Source: Candidatus Electrothrix sp. GW3-4 (GTDB lineage Bacteria > Desulfobacterota > Desulfobulbia > Desulfobulbales > Desulfobulbaceae). Taken from it: a stretch of 32,000 nucleotides of DNA. The notes below the pieces were generated by a model that saw only the letters and a program-made list of their open reading frames with translations, searched no databases and had not been told where the DNA came from. The DNA lies in contig NZ_CP147990.1 of NCBI RefSeq assembly GCF_037902255.1, positions 2,340,001 to 2,372,000 on the forward strand. Direction: 5' to 3'. Shown here one piece after another: positions 9,101 through 17,738 of this stretch (positions within the stretch are counted from its first letter, which is position 1; every line of letters begins with the position of its first letter). The position numbers were made by a program, and so were the translations under genes.

Positions 9101-12100
9101 AAGACGTTGAGGACGGAAGAGTAAAATCGGCCCCGGAAACATCCTCACTCAAAGAACAGCTTCTCTCTCGTAACGCTCTGTTTCTGGACTGGACAGACCC
9201 GTTAAGTGATGATGACCAGTTACCCGATGAACTGCGCATCAACTGCCGCTACTTGACGGAGACTCTTTTTCACTTAGGCAGGATATCACAAGTCACCTTT
9301 GAGGATGCTGTCAACAAGTTAGGTCAAGAAGGATTACGATGTGTCTGCTATGCTGATATTGCTGAAGGACAAGATATCATTTGCCAGCATGGCACAGCGG
9401 TATTACTGGCGGAAGCAGGAATTTGGGAAACTTTCAGAAATAACTGCCATGTTCTGTTGCAGCAAGAGGATATAGTTCATCTCAGAAGTGAAATTCAACA
9501 GGCCGAGAACTCCAGAAAAAATATCAAATGGCTCAAAACGATTCGAGATCGACTGTGCTATGGGATTGAAAACGGTATTTACCAGACCATGTCTCTTCCT
9601 TCCGAAAAACAGAACAAAGACATGCATCGCCTTATAAATACCGGAGAACTTAACACGGCCTGCCTGCTTTCACTGCTGTCTATCCCTCAAGAAAAACAAG
9701 CTCAAGTTTGGTGCGATGACCGTTTTGTCAGTGCGTACCCCCGCCTCAACGGCCATCCTACAATGACGATTTTCGATATCCTGAAGGCCCTGAAAGAGTA
9801 TGATTACCTAACGGAGAAAGAATATTACGCTACCCTACAGACTATTCGCAAAAGCAACATTCGTTTCATTCCCTTGGAAGCAGCTGAGGTTATCTACTGG
9901 CTCAGAAATGCACCGATTGCAAATGGGATGGTCAAGGAAACACCTGAGCTCTCCGTGCTTCGACGATACAGTTCCATCTGTCTTGGCGACACTTCCGGGT
10001 TGCAACCGCCAACAGAGGCGCCTGCGTCCAATCCGAATGGAGAACTCCTTTTTATCGTCCAACACAACATCGCAGCGATCAACGCGATAATGACAGCTTG
10101 GGCCTCTGATGATGAACATACCAACAATGTCATAGCTTGGTCTGACTGGATTCTGCACAATCTATATTCAGAATACTATCAACCGATACCTGCTTGGATA
10201 CAGACAAATAGTGATTTTCAGCGATTTCTTAGTTTTTGGTATGACGCCTTTTTGGTAAACGCCATCCCTCTTTCTCAGAAAAAAACGAATGATGAACCCT
10301 CTCGCCGCTCCCGCTATTTAGCATGGATCTCTGAACGCTTGCTGGATAGACGAATTGAGACTGATGAGGAACTACGCACAAAAGTCGCAACAAAGTTCTT
10401 TTCATCAATAAAGCATTTTCTCCAGCTCAACGATACGGAAGCTGAAACAGGTTCGTTGGGGAAAGATCACGAAATCCATCGCGCGACACAGAGCCTTCTG
10501 CGTCAATTTGTTCGCGAATGTCCAGAGCTTATTCGTGAACAACTGTATACATCACAGGAAATGCGGGAACTGCTTGGATTGGTCGAGAACGACAAAAATG
10601 CCTTAATTCCTCTTGGTGGCTATTATTTTTATATCAAAAACTTCAACAAGGCTATCAGCAAAGCAACGAAAAAGAAGAAAGGAAAAATATATACCTGGAA
10701 CAAGGAACACCGATTCTCTGTTACACTTGATCATGTCTCAGAAAATACTAACACTCCCATCTTTCTGTTCAAGAATGCAGACCGACAACTTTCATTTCAT
10801 CTGAACAGCTCTGAAAACGGTGTCCTCTTACCAACAGCATCAGAGAGAATGCAGTTTCTCAAACGACAAGCAGGATTATTTGATCTTCCCAAAAAACAGC
10901 AGGCCAAAGAGTTTGCCAGGATTGAAGAACAGCGTACTCCTTGGGATCGTATTACGGTAATAAGTGAGCTGCTTCAAGATAGCAATACCTACTTCTATCA
11001 ACAGCTCGCTGAATCAATCAGGAAAAGGAAAAGCTTTAAGATACCAGAGTTGCTCCCACCCTCTGGCAATTCTATGCTACGCTTTCTCAGACTGGAAGAT
11101 GAGCAGGATATTCAGGTGGAACTGTGTCAAGCAGCCCAAAGGATGATAAAAGATAGAGGGATCAAAGAAACCCTACTACGATTTTCCACATTACCCTGCC
11201 CTTTGCCCTCACCAGTAGAGCACCATCTTTCCGGGCTTTCCACGAAGCAACGAGACAAGCTCTTTGCAGAATGGCAGACAGAAATTTCTTCTCCGCTATC
11301 GCTCTTCCACTACCTCAGGGCTGTCAGCCAATATCAAAGTCGGTATCAGAAAAAGACATCAAAGCTCCTTGAGGATTTTCTGATTGATCCAGATAGAGGC
11401 CGATTAGTTCAGTTTTTTCTCCTGCTTGTCAATTTAATGAAGAATATGTTCAGCACTTGGCATGAAACCAGAGAACTACGGCCTGCAACTCGGTTGGCTC
11501 TTGCTTGGTCACATGCAGATCGTATTCTGGCGGTTTTCATTTCTATTGGTACGCCCGATGAGAGCATGCTAAAACGTTTCAAGGGAAATATACCACCCTG
11601 TTCAATATCCGATTTTATAGATGAATCGAACAATGGCGTTGATATTGCCGATCCGAAAGTCTTGCCTCATGATTTCTTTATACTCCAAGGTCTTTCTTTT
11701 GCACTTGGCGAGACCAGCAGCAAACTCCTGACAGAAAAGGCCTGCGAAGAGATCACGAAACTCTGTACTCTTGAGAAGATTGAAAACATGGACACGCTTC
11801 TACCCAATCCTCTTTTACTCCGCGACACATTATTGTCCACGAACAAGCTTAATGCTTTCCTTCAACATAATTTTAAAAGAATTTATCAAGATATAGACAA
11901 ACCTGAACTTACTCAATGGTGCAGCCGAGATTCCCAGAAAAAAATCGTGACGGATGCAATACGCAACGAAAAATTACCTTTCCTAACAGCATGGTTGTCT
12001 GTTGAATCGGTGCTTCCTTACCACAAAGTACATAACGATTTGAAAGACGAGCTTGTGAGTTGGCTGACAAAAATCAGTCTATCTGAATTATGGAAATCAG

Positions 12101-12477
12101 ACGAAAAGCTTGCCCAACGAGTCACATTGCAGCTTGCCTTGTTTGTGCAACATCTCAAGTCAACTGAACTGAAAGAAAAAGTTGAAAACGAATTAATTGC
12201 TTTAGCCAGGATTCTTCACGAAAGCAACTCAGCGTCAAAAGAAGAGCCAGTTAAGGAAGCTTTGCTTGATGCTGTTCTCAGAGTAGCATTGTTCGATGGC
12301 ACAGAATTAGGTTTTGCCGAGAATACGGCCCGTCTTTTTAAAGACATTGCAGAGGTAAATCCTCATCTCGACAAAATGATGCGAGTATCTTACATCCCCA
12401 GCCTTGCTGAGGAGCTTCCAATGGAGCCATCCAGAAAGTTGTGGTCACTTATAATCAAGTTGAGATCAGCAGAATAA
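6130..12477 (+). CDS. 2115-aa giant protein: N-terminal caspase/CHAT-like His-Cys module, then TPR-like helical repeats, then a long unassigned helical region
   Basis: One uninterrupted 6.3-kb ORF with a TTG start 9-10 nt after AGGA. The N-terminus KILFLAAAPRDD...IVHFSGHG (H70, nt 6337-6339)...VILNSCNSE (C112, nt 6463-6465)...VVGMNDEIDDESAIHFSTGFYDALGAG matches the clan CD peptidase dyad order. No GxxxxGK[ST] was found anywhere by eye. The next in-frame Met is residue 131, so the TTG start is needed to keep the conserved N-terminus. Confidence 0.8.
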   Translation: MNRKILFLAAAPRDDKRLQLSTELREIKEALQRSPRRDDFNLIDTVAVRVQDLRRALLAHEPQIVHFSGHGTTTDCILENQTGNTQPVDNKAIATLFGLFANCIQFVILNSCNSEALAEKIAGAIPYVVGMNDEIDDESAIHFSTGFYDALGAGKDYETAFEFACNAIELSNLPGKDIPVLKKGNPEAIVKSHPPTGPQNTVPDQQQIAPQFTVLLSEHISSELDEVTQLYYAGKFKTALEQLLTIKQDQIRWSALENDKKAQVLRIEANLLLSYDSNIDLAQQRSDEADRVSPPPPGSSALQALITWSKSGPQQALPYLESPVAAEGKLLKAWLLSALERFEEADNLLEGLPEHDSAIQSDVFRLRAIIKLYDRELDSALLCIQRARKRTPDSNKVIETEGMLLYYSALSPAVVPQQLQGIPDPVDWLVVRHDLQSLERLNQAAENFCTLLDTCETNQEQQRSWEVWRLACLSCHKDRLPEAETYCRHLLDKEPTHAYAIAWGIVRRFLNQQHITKCIFALEEQLTTEKPKIGAILSLCALYREEEQNDKACSLLETHQDIFIQQNQLPLWQAWKAQASCVSTDTESEVSTEADLSIGAKLIYLKQAATINNDYKELFRYAEQSLQGELSPDIFLNICVFLSYQNEWNFIADHALELVEKGGTSGAVELAAQACYETDRYKELLTILTEYTFLFSEGKLPPGLERAKIMAQQRVGGSELPKAVLAAEALAQQTGELIDLLRLADLQLYQGNIVQATHIILQAGQQHKLPPKQIIHYSQVIATENKEAAVKLLTTCKPEELPSELLPAVFMLSNTLGVEDKLEQFLSRFHEELAAGMIPGVQKFTGTDKLIELIQSSQQQAQQRQQLYEQGKVPIHLIADQTAHSPLLSLYHEYLSYMKQDGELAGSSSLFVRHGGRAIIRDFSAQPSEWNLHLDITALLLSTHLGILDKVEQCFGTLHLPAPLMPLLQKMLQQAEPAQAGRVRAMQKILQDVEDGRVKSAPETSSLKEQLLSRNALFLDWTDPLSDDDQLPDELRINCRYLTETLFHLGRISQVTFEDAVNKLGQEGLRCVCYADIAEGQDIICQHGTAVLLAEAGIWETFRNNCHVLLQQEDIVHLRSEIQQAENSRKNIKWLKTIRDRLCYGIENGIYQTMSLPSEKQNKDMHRLINTGELNTACLLSLLSIPQEKQAQVWCDDRFVSAYPRLNGHPTMTIFDILKALKEYDYLTEKEYYATLQTIRKSNIRFIPLEAAEVIYWLRNAPIANGMVKETPELSVLRRYSSICLGDTSGLQPPTEAPASNPNGELLFIVQHNIAAINAIMTAWASDDEHTNNVIAWSDWILHNLYSEYYQPIPAWIQTNSDFQRFLSFWYDAFLVNAIPLSQKKTNDEPSRRSRYLAWISERLLDRRIETDEELRTKVATKFFSSIKHFLQLNDTEAETGSLGKDHEIHRATQSLLRQFVRECPELIREQLYTSQEMRELLGLVENDKNALIPLGGYYFYIKNFNKAISKATKKKKGKIYTWNKEHRFSVTLDHVSENTNTPIFLFKNADRQLSFHLNSSENGVLLPTASERMQFLKRQAGLFDLPKKQQAKEFARIEEQRTPWDRITVISELLQDSNTYFYQQLAESIRKRKSFKIPELLPPSGNSMLRFLRLEDEQDIQVELCQAAQRMIKDRGIKETLLRFSTLPCPLPSPVEHHLSGLSTKQRDKLFAEWQTEISSPLSLFHYLRAVSQYQSRYQKKTSKLLEDFLIDPDRGRLVQFFLLLVNLMKNMFSTWHETRELRPATRLALAWSHADRILAVFISIGTPDESMLKRFKGNIPPCSISDFIDESNNGVDIADPKVLPHDFFILQGLSFALGETSSKLLTEKACEEITKLCTLEKIENMDTLLPNPLLLRDTLLSTNKLNAFLQHNFKRIYQDIDKPELTQWCSRDSQKKIVTDAIRNEKLPFLTAWLSVESVLPYHKVHNDLKDELVSWLTKISLSELWKSDEKLAQRVTLQLALFVQHLKSTELKEKVENELIALARILHESNSASKEEPVKEALLDAVLRVALFDGTELGFAENTARLFKDIAEVNPHLDKMMRVSYIPSLAEELPMEPSRKLWSLIIKLRSAE

Positions 12478-12494
12478 AGCCCCCTTAAAAAAAT

Positions 12495-13559
12495 CTACAA
12501 CACCGACCAAGGCTTAGGTAAAAAAATATGCCGATAGAGCCCCAAGGCATAACGATCTGTCATACCAGCAATAAAATCACAGACCTGGCGATGGAGTTGT
12601 TTCCTCGCCTTATCGCCCCGTACCAGAGGACGCTCAATAAAAGGATGCTCAGTGTTATCGGAAAACTCATATTCGAGGAAAAAGCCGTACAACTCGTTGA
12701 TAATATTCTGGGCCTTCTCAAATTCGTTATGCACACGCTCATTGCGGTACACCTTATTATAGAGAAAACTGCGCAGATCTTTGATAACCTCCTGCATCAT
12801 CGGGCTCAGGCGAAGGCGCCCATCATTACACCGCAGGGTTTCTGTAACCAGATCACGGACCATGGTATCAATGCGCATAGAGGGCCTGTTGCCCACCACC
12901 TCACGCAGGTGCTTGGGGAGATCTGTCTCCCGAATCATCCCAGCCCGCAGGGCATCATCCATATCATGATTCAGATAGGCAATAATATCTGCCACCCGCA
13001 CCGCCTGTCCCTCCAAAGTCGCAGGCAGGTCCTTGCTGTCATCCGGCAGAATATCCCGATAGCCCTTGGAATGCTTGACGATCCCGTTCCGGACCTCCCA
13101 GGTCAAATTCAGCCCCTTTCCATTCGCCTCGATAAAATCAACCACTCGTAGGCTCTGGATATAATGTTTAAACCCTCCTGGATGCAATTTATTCAGGCTG
13201 TACTCCCCGGCATGGCCAAAGGGCGTATGTCCCAGGTCATGACCAAGGGCGATGGCCTCAGTCAGGTATTCATTGAGTTGCAGGCAGGTGGCAATAGTCC
13301 GGGCGATCTGAGAGACCTCCAAAACATGGGTGAGCCGGGTCCGATAATGATCCCCGGTCGGAGAAAGGAAGACCTGGGTCTTATGTTTCAGGCGACGAAA
13401 GGTCTTGGAGTGGATAATACGATCCCGATCTCTTTGAAAAGCTGTACGCAGATCACAATCAGGCTCTTGACGCAGACGCCCTCGTGATTGCGTGCTGAGG
13501 TAGGCAGAGGGAGAGAGTGTTACTTTTTCGTGTTCTTCCTGTTGTTGACGTATATTCAC
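12495..13559 (-). CDS. dgt: dGTP triphosphohydrolase-like HD-domain protein (short, type 2)
   Basis: 354 aa. It has [24 protein letters not shown], the HD motif [15 protein letters not shown]...[14 protein letters not shown], and the C-terminal [11 protein letters not shown] block typical of this family. Confidence 0.9.
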   Translation of the reverse strand: MNIRQQQEEHEKVTLSPSAYLSTQSRGRLRQEPDCDLRTAFQRDRDRIIHSKTFRRLKHKTQVFLSPTGDHYRTRLTHVLEVSQIARTIATCLQLNEYLTEAIALGHDLGHTPFGHAGEYSLNKLHPGGFKHYIQSLRVVDFIEANGKGLNLTWEVRNGIVKHSKGYRDILPDDSKDLPATLEGQAVRVADIIAYLNHDMDDALRAGMIRETDLPKHLREVVGNRPSMRIDTMVRDLVTETLRCNDGRLRLSPMMQEVIKDLRSFLYNKVYRNERVHNEFEKAQNIINELYGFFLEYEFSDNTEHPFIERPLVRGDKARKQLHRQVCDFIAGMTDRYALGLYRHIFLPKPWSVL

Positions 13560-13821
13560 GGCAGACCTTGGCTGGATATTTTATAAAACGTGCCGGAGTT
13601 GTAGCAATACCTTTATGCCAGGACAAGTGTTTTTTTGCCTCAGAAAGTCCATTCTCCATCAACAGGTTGACGTTGCCCATTCCCTATGGTAATGACCTGT
13701 ATTTTACTTCTTGCTGTATTCAACAGATAGAGCTGTAACCCCTCCTCATATAGGAGAAAATTGATCCATCCAATACTTTTTCATTTGATTTTCCGGTTCA
13801 GCCGGTAAAAGGAGTCCCTCC

Positions 13822-15132
13822 ATGCGAACGGATATTCTGCACATTGGTGCAGGTGAACTAACCTATGAAATTCGCAATATTGTCAATGTCGGCAACCAGT
13901 TGCAAGACCTAGGTCTCAATGTAAACTGGGAAAACATCGGTGATCCCGTGGCAAAGGGAGAGCAGATCCCGGCGTGGATGAAGGATATTATTGCCGCCGC
14001 AGCGCAGCAGGATGCAACCTACGGCTATTCACCGACCAAGGGGATGCCAGCGACCCGGCAGTTTCTCGCAGAACAAACCAATGCGCTTGGTGGAGTACAG
14101 ATCAGCCCGGAAGATATTATCTTTTTTAACGGACTGGGTGATGCCATTTCGAAGATTTTCGGTTTTCTTCGCCGCACGGCAAGAGTTCTGGTCCCGACGC
14201 CCAGCTATACCACCCACTCCTCTGCTGAGGCGGCCCACGCTGGCGACCGGCCCCTGACCTATATGCTTGATCCGCAGAATAATTGGTACCCGGACCTGGC
14301 AGATATTGAAAACCATATCCGCTATAACCCGGCCGTGGCAGGTATCCTGATCATCAATCCGGATAACCCAACCGGTGCGGTTTATCCCGAGGAAATCTTA
14401 CGAAGCATCGTTGCCTTGGCGGAGAAATACGACCTCTTCATCGTCTGTGACGAGGTCTATCAGAACATGGTCTATAACGGCACCAAGGCTGTCCCCATGG
14501 CTACCCTGATCGGTGACAAGGTGCCTGCCATCTGCATGCGCGGGGTCTCCAAGGAAATGCCGTGGCCTGGCGGACGCTGTGGCTGGATTGAGGTCTATAA
14601 CGGTCACCATGACCCCATGTTTGAAAAGTACATCAACTCCATCCTCAATGCCAAGATGATGGAGGTCTGTTCCACCACCCTGCCCCAGGTGGTCCTGCCC
14701 CAGGTGATTAAGCATCCTGAATATCAGACCTACCTGGACGAACGGGTACAGCGCTATGAAAAGCACTCCAATATCGCCTATGATATCCTCAAAGATGTTG
14801 ATGGGATTGTAGTGAATAAAACCAACGGGGCCTTTTACATGAGTGTGGCCTTTGCAGACGGTGTACTCAATAATCAACAGACCCTGCCCATTGAAATTGA
14901 GCAGGTTCGAAGTACCGTGGAGAAGATGGTCAGCGGGCCGGATGTTTCCCTGGATAAACGTTTTGTCTATTACCTGCTGGGTTCTTCAGGGGTCTGCGTG
15001 GTGCCGCTTTCCTCCTTTGCCACCCAGATGCAGGGCTTCCGCATTACCCTGCTGGAGCGGGACGAAGAGATCTTCACCCAGATCTTCCATACCATTGCAT
15101 CATCTATCAAGGAGTATCTGGCTTCGGCCTGA
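13822..15132 (+). CDS. class I/II PLP-dependent aminotransferase (alanine/aspartate aminotransferase-like)
   Basis: 436 aa. It has YGYSPTKGMPATRQF, ILIINPDNPTGAVY and the PLP-lysine region GVSKEMPWPGGRCGW. RBS AAAGGAG lies upstream of the ATG. Confidence 0.85.
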   Translation: MRTDILHIGAGELTYEIRNIVNVGNQLQDLGLNVNWENIGDPVAKGEQIPAWMKDIIAAAAQQDATYGYSPTKGMPATRQFLAEQTNALGGVQISPEDIIFFNGLGDAISKIFGFLRRTARVLVPTPSYTTHSSAEAAHAGDRPLTYMLDPQNNWYPDLADIENHIRYNPAVAGILIINPDNPTGAVYPEEILRSIVALAEKYDLFIVCDEVYQNMVYNGTKAVPMATLIGDKVPAICMRGVSKEMPWPGGRCGWIEVYNGHHDPMFEKYINSILNAKMMEVCSTTLPQVVLPQVIKHPEYQTYLDERVQRYEKHSNIAYDILKDVDGIVVNKTNGAFYMSVAFADGVLNNQQTLPIEIEQVRSTVEKMVSGPDVSLDKRFVYYLLGSSGVCVVPLSSFATQMQGFRITLLERDEEIFTQIFHTIASSIKEYLASA

Positions 15133-15158
15133 TGTCCCAAGCAGACAAAACAGCAAAT

Positions 15159-15183
15159 CAGCTCAGAGTGCTCCCCTGAGCTG
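15159..15183. terminator. hairpin between the convergent aminotransferase and mscS-family genes
   Basis: Perfect 8-bp inverted repeat CAGCTCAG (15159-15166) / CTGAGCTG (15176-15183) with a 9-nt loop. There is a T-rich stretch only on the minus-strand side and no clean U-tract. Confidence 0.3.
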
Positions 15184-15248
15184 GTCCTGGCCAATTCCTG
15201 TGTGAAAAAAACAAGCTATCAAGCAGGATAAAAGACAGCGTCACCTAT

Positions 15249-16172
15249 TCACCCTCCTACTTCTTCGATCTTTCTGCCGAGGCGGTCTATACTCGTGGTG
15301 CGCCAGGCAACTTCTTGTTGCAGACGTTGAACTTCCTCTTCGGCATCAGCTTCTTTGATCCGGTCCTCGATGATCTTGATCTGTTCCCCCATAAGTTTAT
15401 ATCTGGAATGCATTTTATCGATGGATTCCGCCTCATCGGCCTTGTCAAAGACCACGGATTCCATAGCAGGATGATCTGGGGCATCCGGTCCCTGACTATC
15501 AGGGATGATGTGTTTCTTTACTGAAAGCGCCCGGGTGTTCATAAAGGAGGGAGACACAATCTCTATCCCGGCACTATGCAGAGCATCAAGGATATTTTCA
15601 CGTAATTTTGATCGAGTAGTAAATGGTTTTTTGACACCCTTTAGTATTCCGGCCACCCGGTATTCTACAGAGAAGTCGCCGAGATTTGCAACGTGAACAA
15701 AGGGCTCCTGGAGCGGAACCTCCTCTGCTGCCTTGGTCAGCAAGGTCTTCACCTGGGCATGGGGCACGTCATACCCCAGGGAGACTGTAGCAGAGACAAC
15801 AGTCTTTGTTTTGCGCACCACCTTACAGGGATTGGTGATCAGGTAGAGGTTAGGTAGGGTGGTCAGGTCACTGTCTTTGGTCTGGATTTCCGTGTGGAGC
15901 AGGCCCATCTCCGTGACCCGGCCAAAATGTTCTCCTACACTGAGGAAATCACCGGGGCGAAAATTGGAAACCAGGGAGAGCATCATCCCGGCCATAAAGT
16001 TGCTGATAAAGGTGGTTGAGGAGATGGCAATGGCTGCGGTCAGGATGATACCGAAAAGAGTGAGAGAATTATCAACGCCCTTTTCAGGATCAAACGCCAG
16101 GAGAAGGAGCAGGACTGCCAAGAGAAGGGCCACTGCTGCCAGGTAAAAGAGTTTGCGTTTTCTGTCGTTCAT
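15249..16172 (-). CDS. MscS-family mechanosensitive channel
   Basis: 307 aa. N-terminal TM helices are followed by the MscS beta-domain signature FRPGDFLSVGEHFGRVTEMGLLHTEIQTKDSDLTTLPN, with a C-terminal coiled-coil tail. Confidence 0.85.
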   Translation of the reverse strand: MNDRKRKLFYLAAVALLLAVLLLLLAFDPEKGVDNSLTLFGIILTAAIAISSTTFISNFMAGMMLSLVSNFRPGDFLSVGEHFGRVTEMGLLHTEIQTKDSDLTTLPNLYLITNPCKVVRKTKTVVSATVSLGYDVPHAQVKTLLTKAAEEVPLQEPFVHVANLGDFSVEYRVAGILKGVKKPFTTRSKLRENILDALHSAGIEIVSPSFMNTRALSVKKHIIPDSQGPDAPDHPAMESVVFDKADEAESIDKMHSRYKLMGEQIKIIEDRIKEADAEEEVQRLQQEVAWRTTSIDRLGRKIEEVGG

Positions 16173-16766
16173 AGTCTCTTCGCTGCGGAGGAATGAGGGA
16201 GCTGGAAGATCTGATGGTATTGTACGCCATCGGGCCTGCGTAAGTAAAGCAATCCGTCGAGCAGGGCCAAGCGCCCCTGCAGCTGGACAGCATTACGGAT
16301 ATTGATCAGGCCGATATACTCGCGCGCAAGGGAGATTGGTGGGAGATGCTGGATATACGGCGCTGCTGGCTGGAGTGATGGGGGTGATTGCCGGAAAAGG
16401 GGTAGCGCGGGCAGGCAAGATGGCCGAGGAAGGCTCCTCGGCGGTTCCCCCCTGCTCCTCAGTCATTTTGCCACGCTTCTCACTCGTTTTTCTATGCCCT
16501 TTACTCAATTTTCTTGGCGAGGAATGGGTTTACTCTACTGCTTTTCGATTTTTCCTTGAAGCGAAATAAAATTTCCGGGCTGAAGCGGGAGCAGGACAGG
16601 GAGTATTGCCTGACTTCATGCCAGAATAATGAGCTTGCCGGGATTTATCCCGTGTTTTCTTGCTGTGTTGAAGGGGAGGGAAGGCTTTTTTTGTCTGTGG
16701 GATGATAACCAGCAGAGATCCCCCTAGATCAGGGCATAACCACTGAAAACAACAAGGAGTCGACCT

Positions 16767-17738
16767 TTACTCCAGTCCCAGCACCGCTGCTGCCTGTGCA
16801 GCAATCCGCTCATAATCGTCCCTGGCAAACCAATTCAGCTCCTGATTTTTCCTGAACCAGGTCATCTGCCGTTTGGCATACCTCCGGGTATCCCGGACCA
16901 GATATTCCAACATCTCTTCCTGATTCCATTCCCCGGAGAGCAGGTTATTGACATGCTTATAGCCGATGGCCTGCATAGAAGGCAGCTCTGGAGTATAACC
17001 CATACTGAGCAAGCGCACCACCTCCTCAACCAGGCCCTGCTCCAGCATGATCTGCGAGCGCTGGGCGATCCGCTGATAGAGCTGCTCCCGCTCACAGTCC
17101 AGGGCGACCTGAAAGACCCGGGTGAAGCGCCCTTTCTGATCTTGTTCCTGCTGTTGCTGCTCGGCAATGAGTTCGGTCCAGGTGCGACCGGAGCTCAGAT
17201 AGATCTCCAGTCCCCGTAATAGCCGTTGAGTATCATTGGCATGCACCCGCTCCCCTGCTACTGGATCAATCCGGCAAAGCTCGGCATGGAGCGCCTCCCG
17301 TCCTTCCTGCTCAAGACGTTCGCGCAGCTGCGCTCGAACCCCCTCATCCGTGGGCAGGACATCAAACAGCCCCTCAAACAAGGCCTTGAGATAAAGCCCG
17401 GTACCGCCGGTCAGCAGCACAGTACGATTACGGGAGGCAATCTCTGCAATGGCTGCTAAGGCATCATGAACAAAGCGGGCTGCATCGTACTGATCATCCG
17501 GGTCAATGATGTCGATGAGGTGATGGGGGACCAGGGCCTGTTCTTCCTGGCTTGGCTTGGCCGTGCCGATGTCCATATGGCGATAGACCTGCATGGAGTC
17601 CATGCTGACGATCTCGCAGGCAAAGCGCTGAACCAGTTGGAGAGAGAGGGCGGTTTTACCCACAGCAGTGGGACCGACCAGGACAATGATCGGGCAATTA
17701 ATAGTTGTTGAAGACGGGGTTATTGGAGCGTGTTTCAC
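16767..17738 (-). CDS. miaA: tRNA dimethylallyltransferase
   Basis: 323 aa. It has the P-loop IIVLVGPTAVGKTALS and the blocks SMDSMQVYRHMDIGTAKP, VPHHLIDIIDP and RRYAKRQMTWFR. The GTG start overlaps the upstream stop (GTGA). Confidence 0.95.
   Translation of the reverse strand: MKHAPITPSSTTINCPIIVLVGPTAVGKTALSLQLVQRFACEIVSMDSMQVYRHMDIGTAKPSQEEQALVPHHLIDIIDPDDQYDAARFVHDALAAIAEIASRNRTVLLTGGTGLYLKALFEGLFDVLPTDEGVRAQLRERLEQEGREALHAELCRIDPVAGERVHANDTQRLLRGLEIYLSSGRTWTELIAEQQQQEQDQKGRFTRVFQVALDCEREQLYQRIAQRSQIMLEQGLVEEVVRLLSMGYTPELPSMQAIGYKHVNNLLSGEWNQEEMLEYLVRDTRRYAKRQMTWFRKNQELNWFARDDYERIAAQAAAVLGLE

Noticed and set aside
12528-13151. 207-aa + strand ORF inside the dgt-like gene
   Set aside because: It is antisense to the HD-domain hydrolase frame and has no motifs.
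12495-13559. The dGTPase as a third member of the defence island (a dNTP-depletion defence gene)
   Set aside because: It is the short (~350 aa) housekeeping-type Dgt-like protein. Its GC content matches the backbone rather than the island, and it converges on the giant gene rather than being co-transcribed with it. It is kept as a flank marker only.
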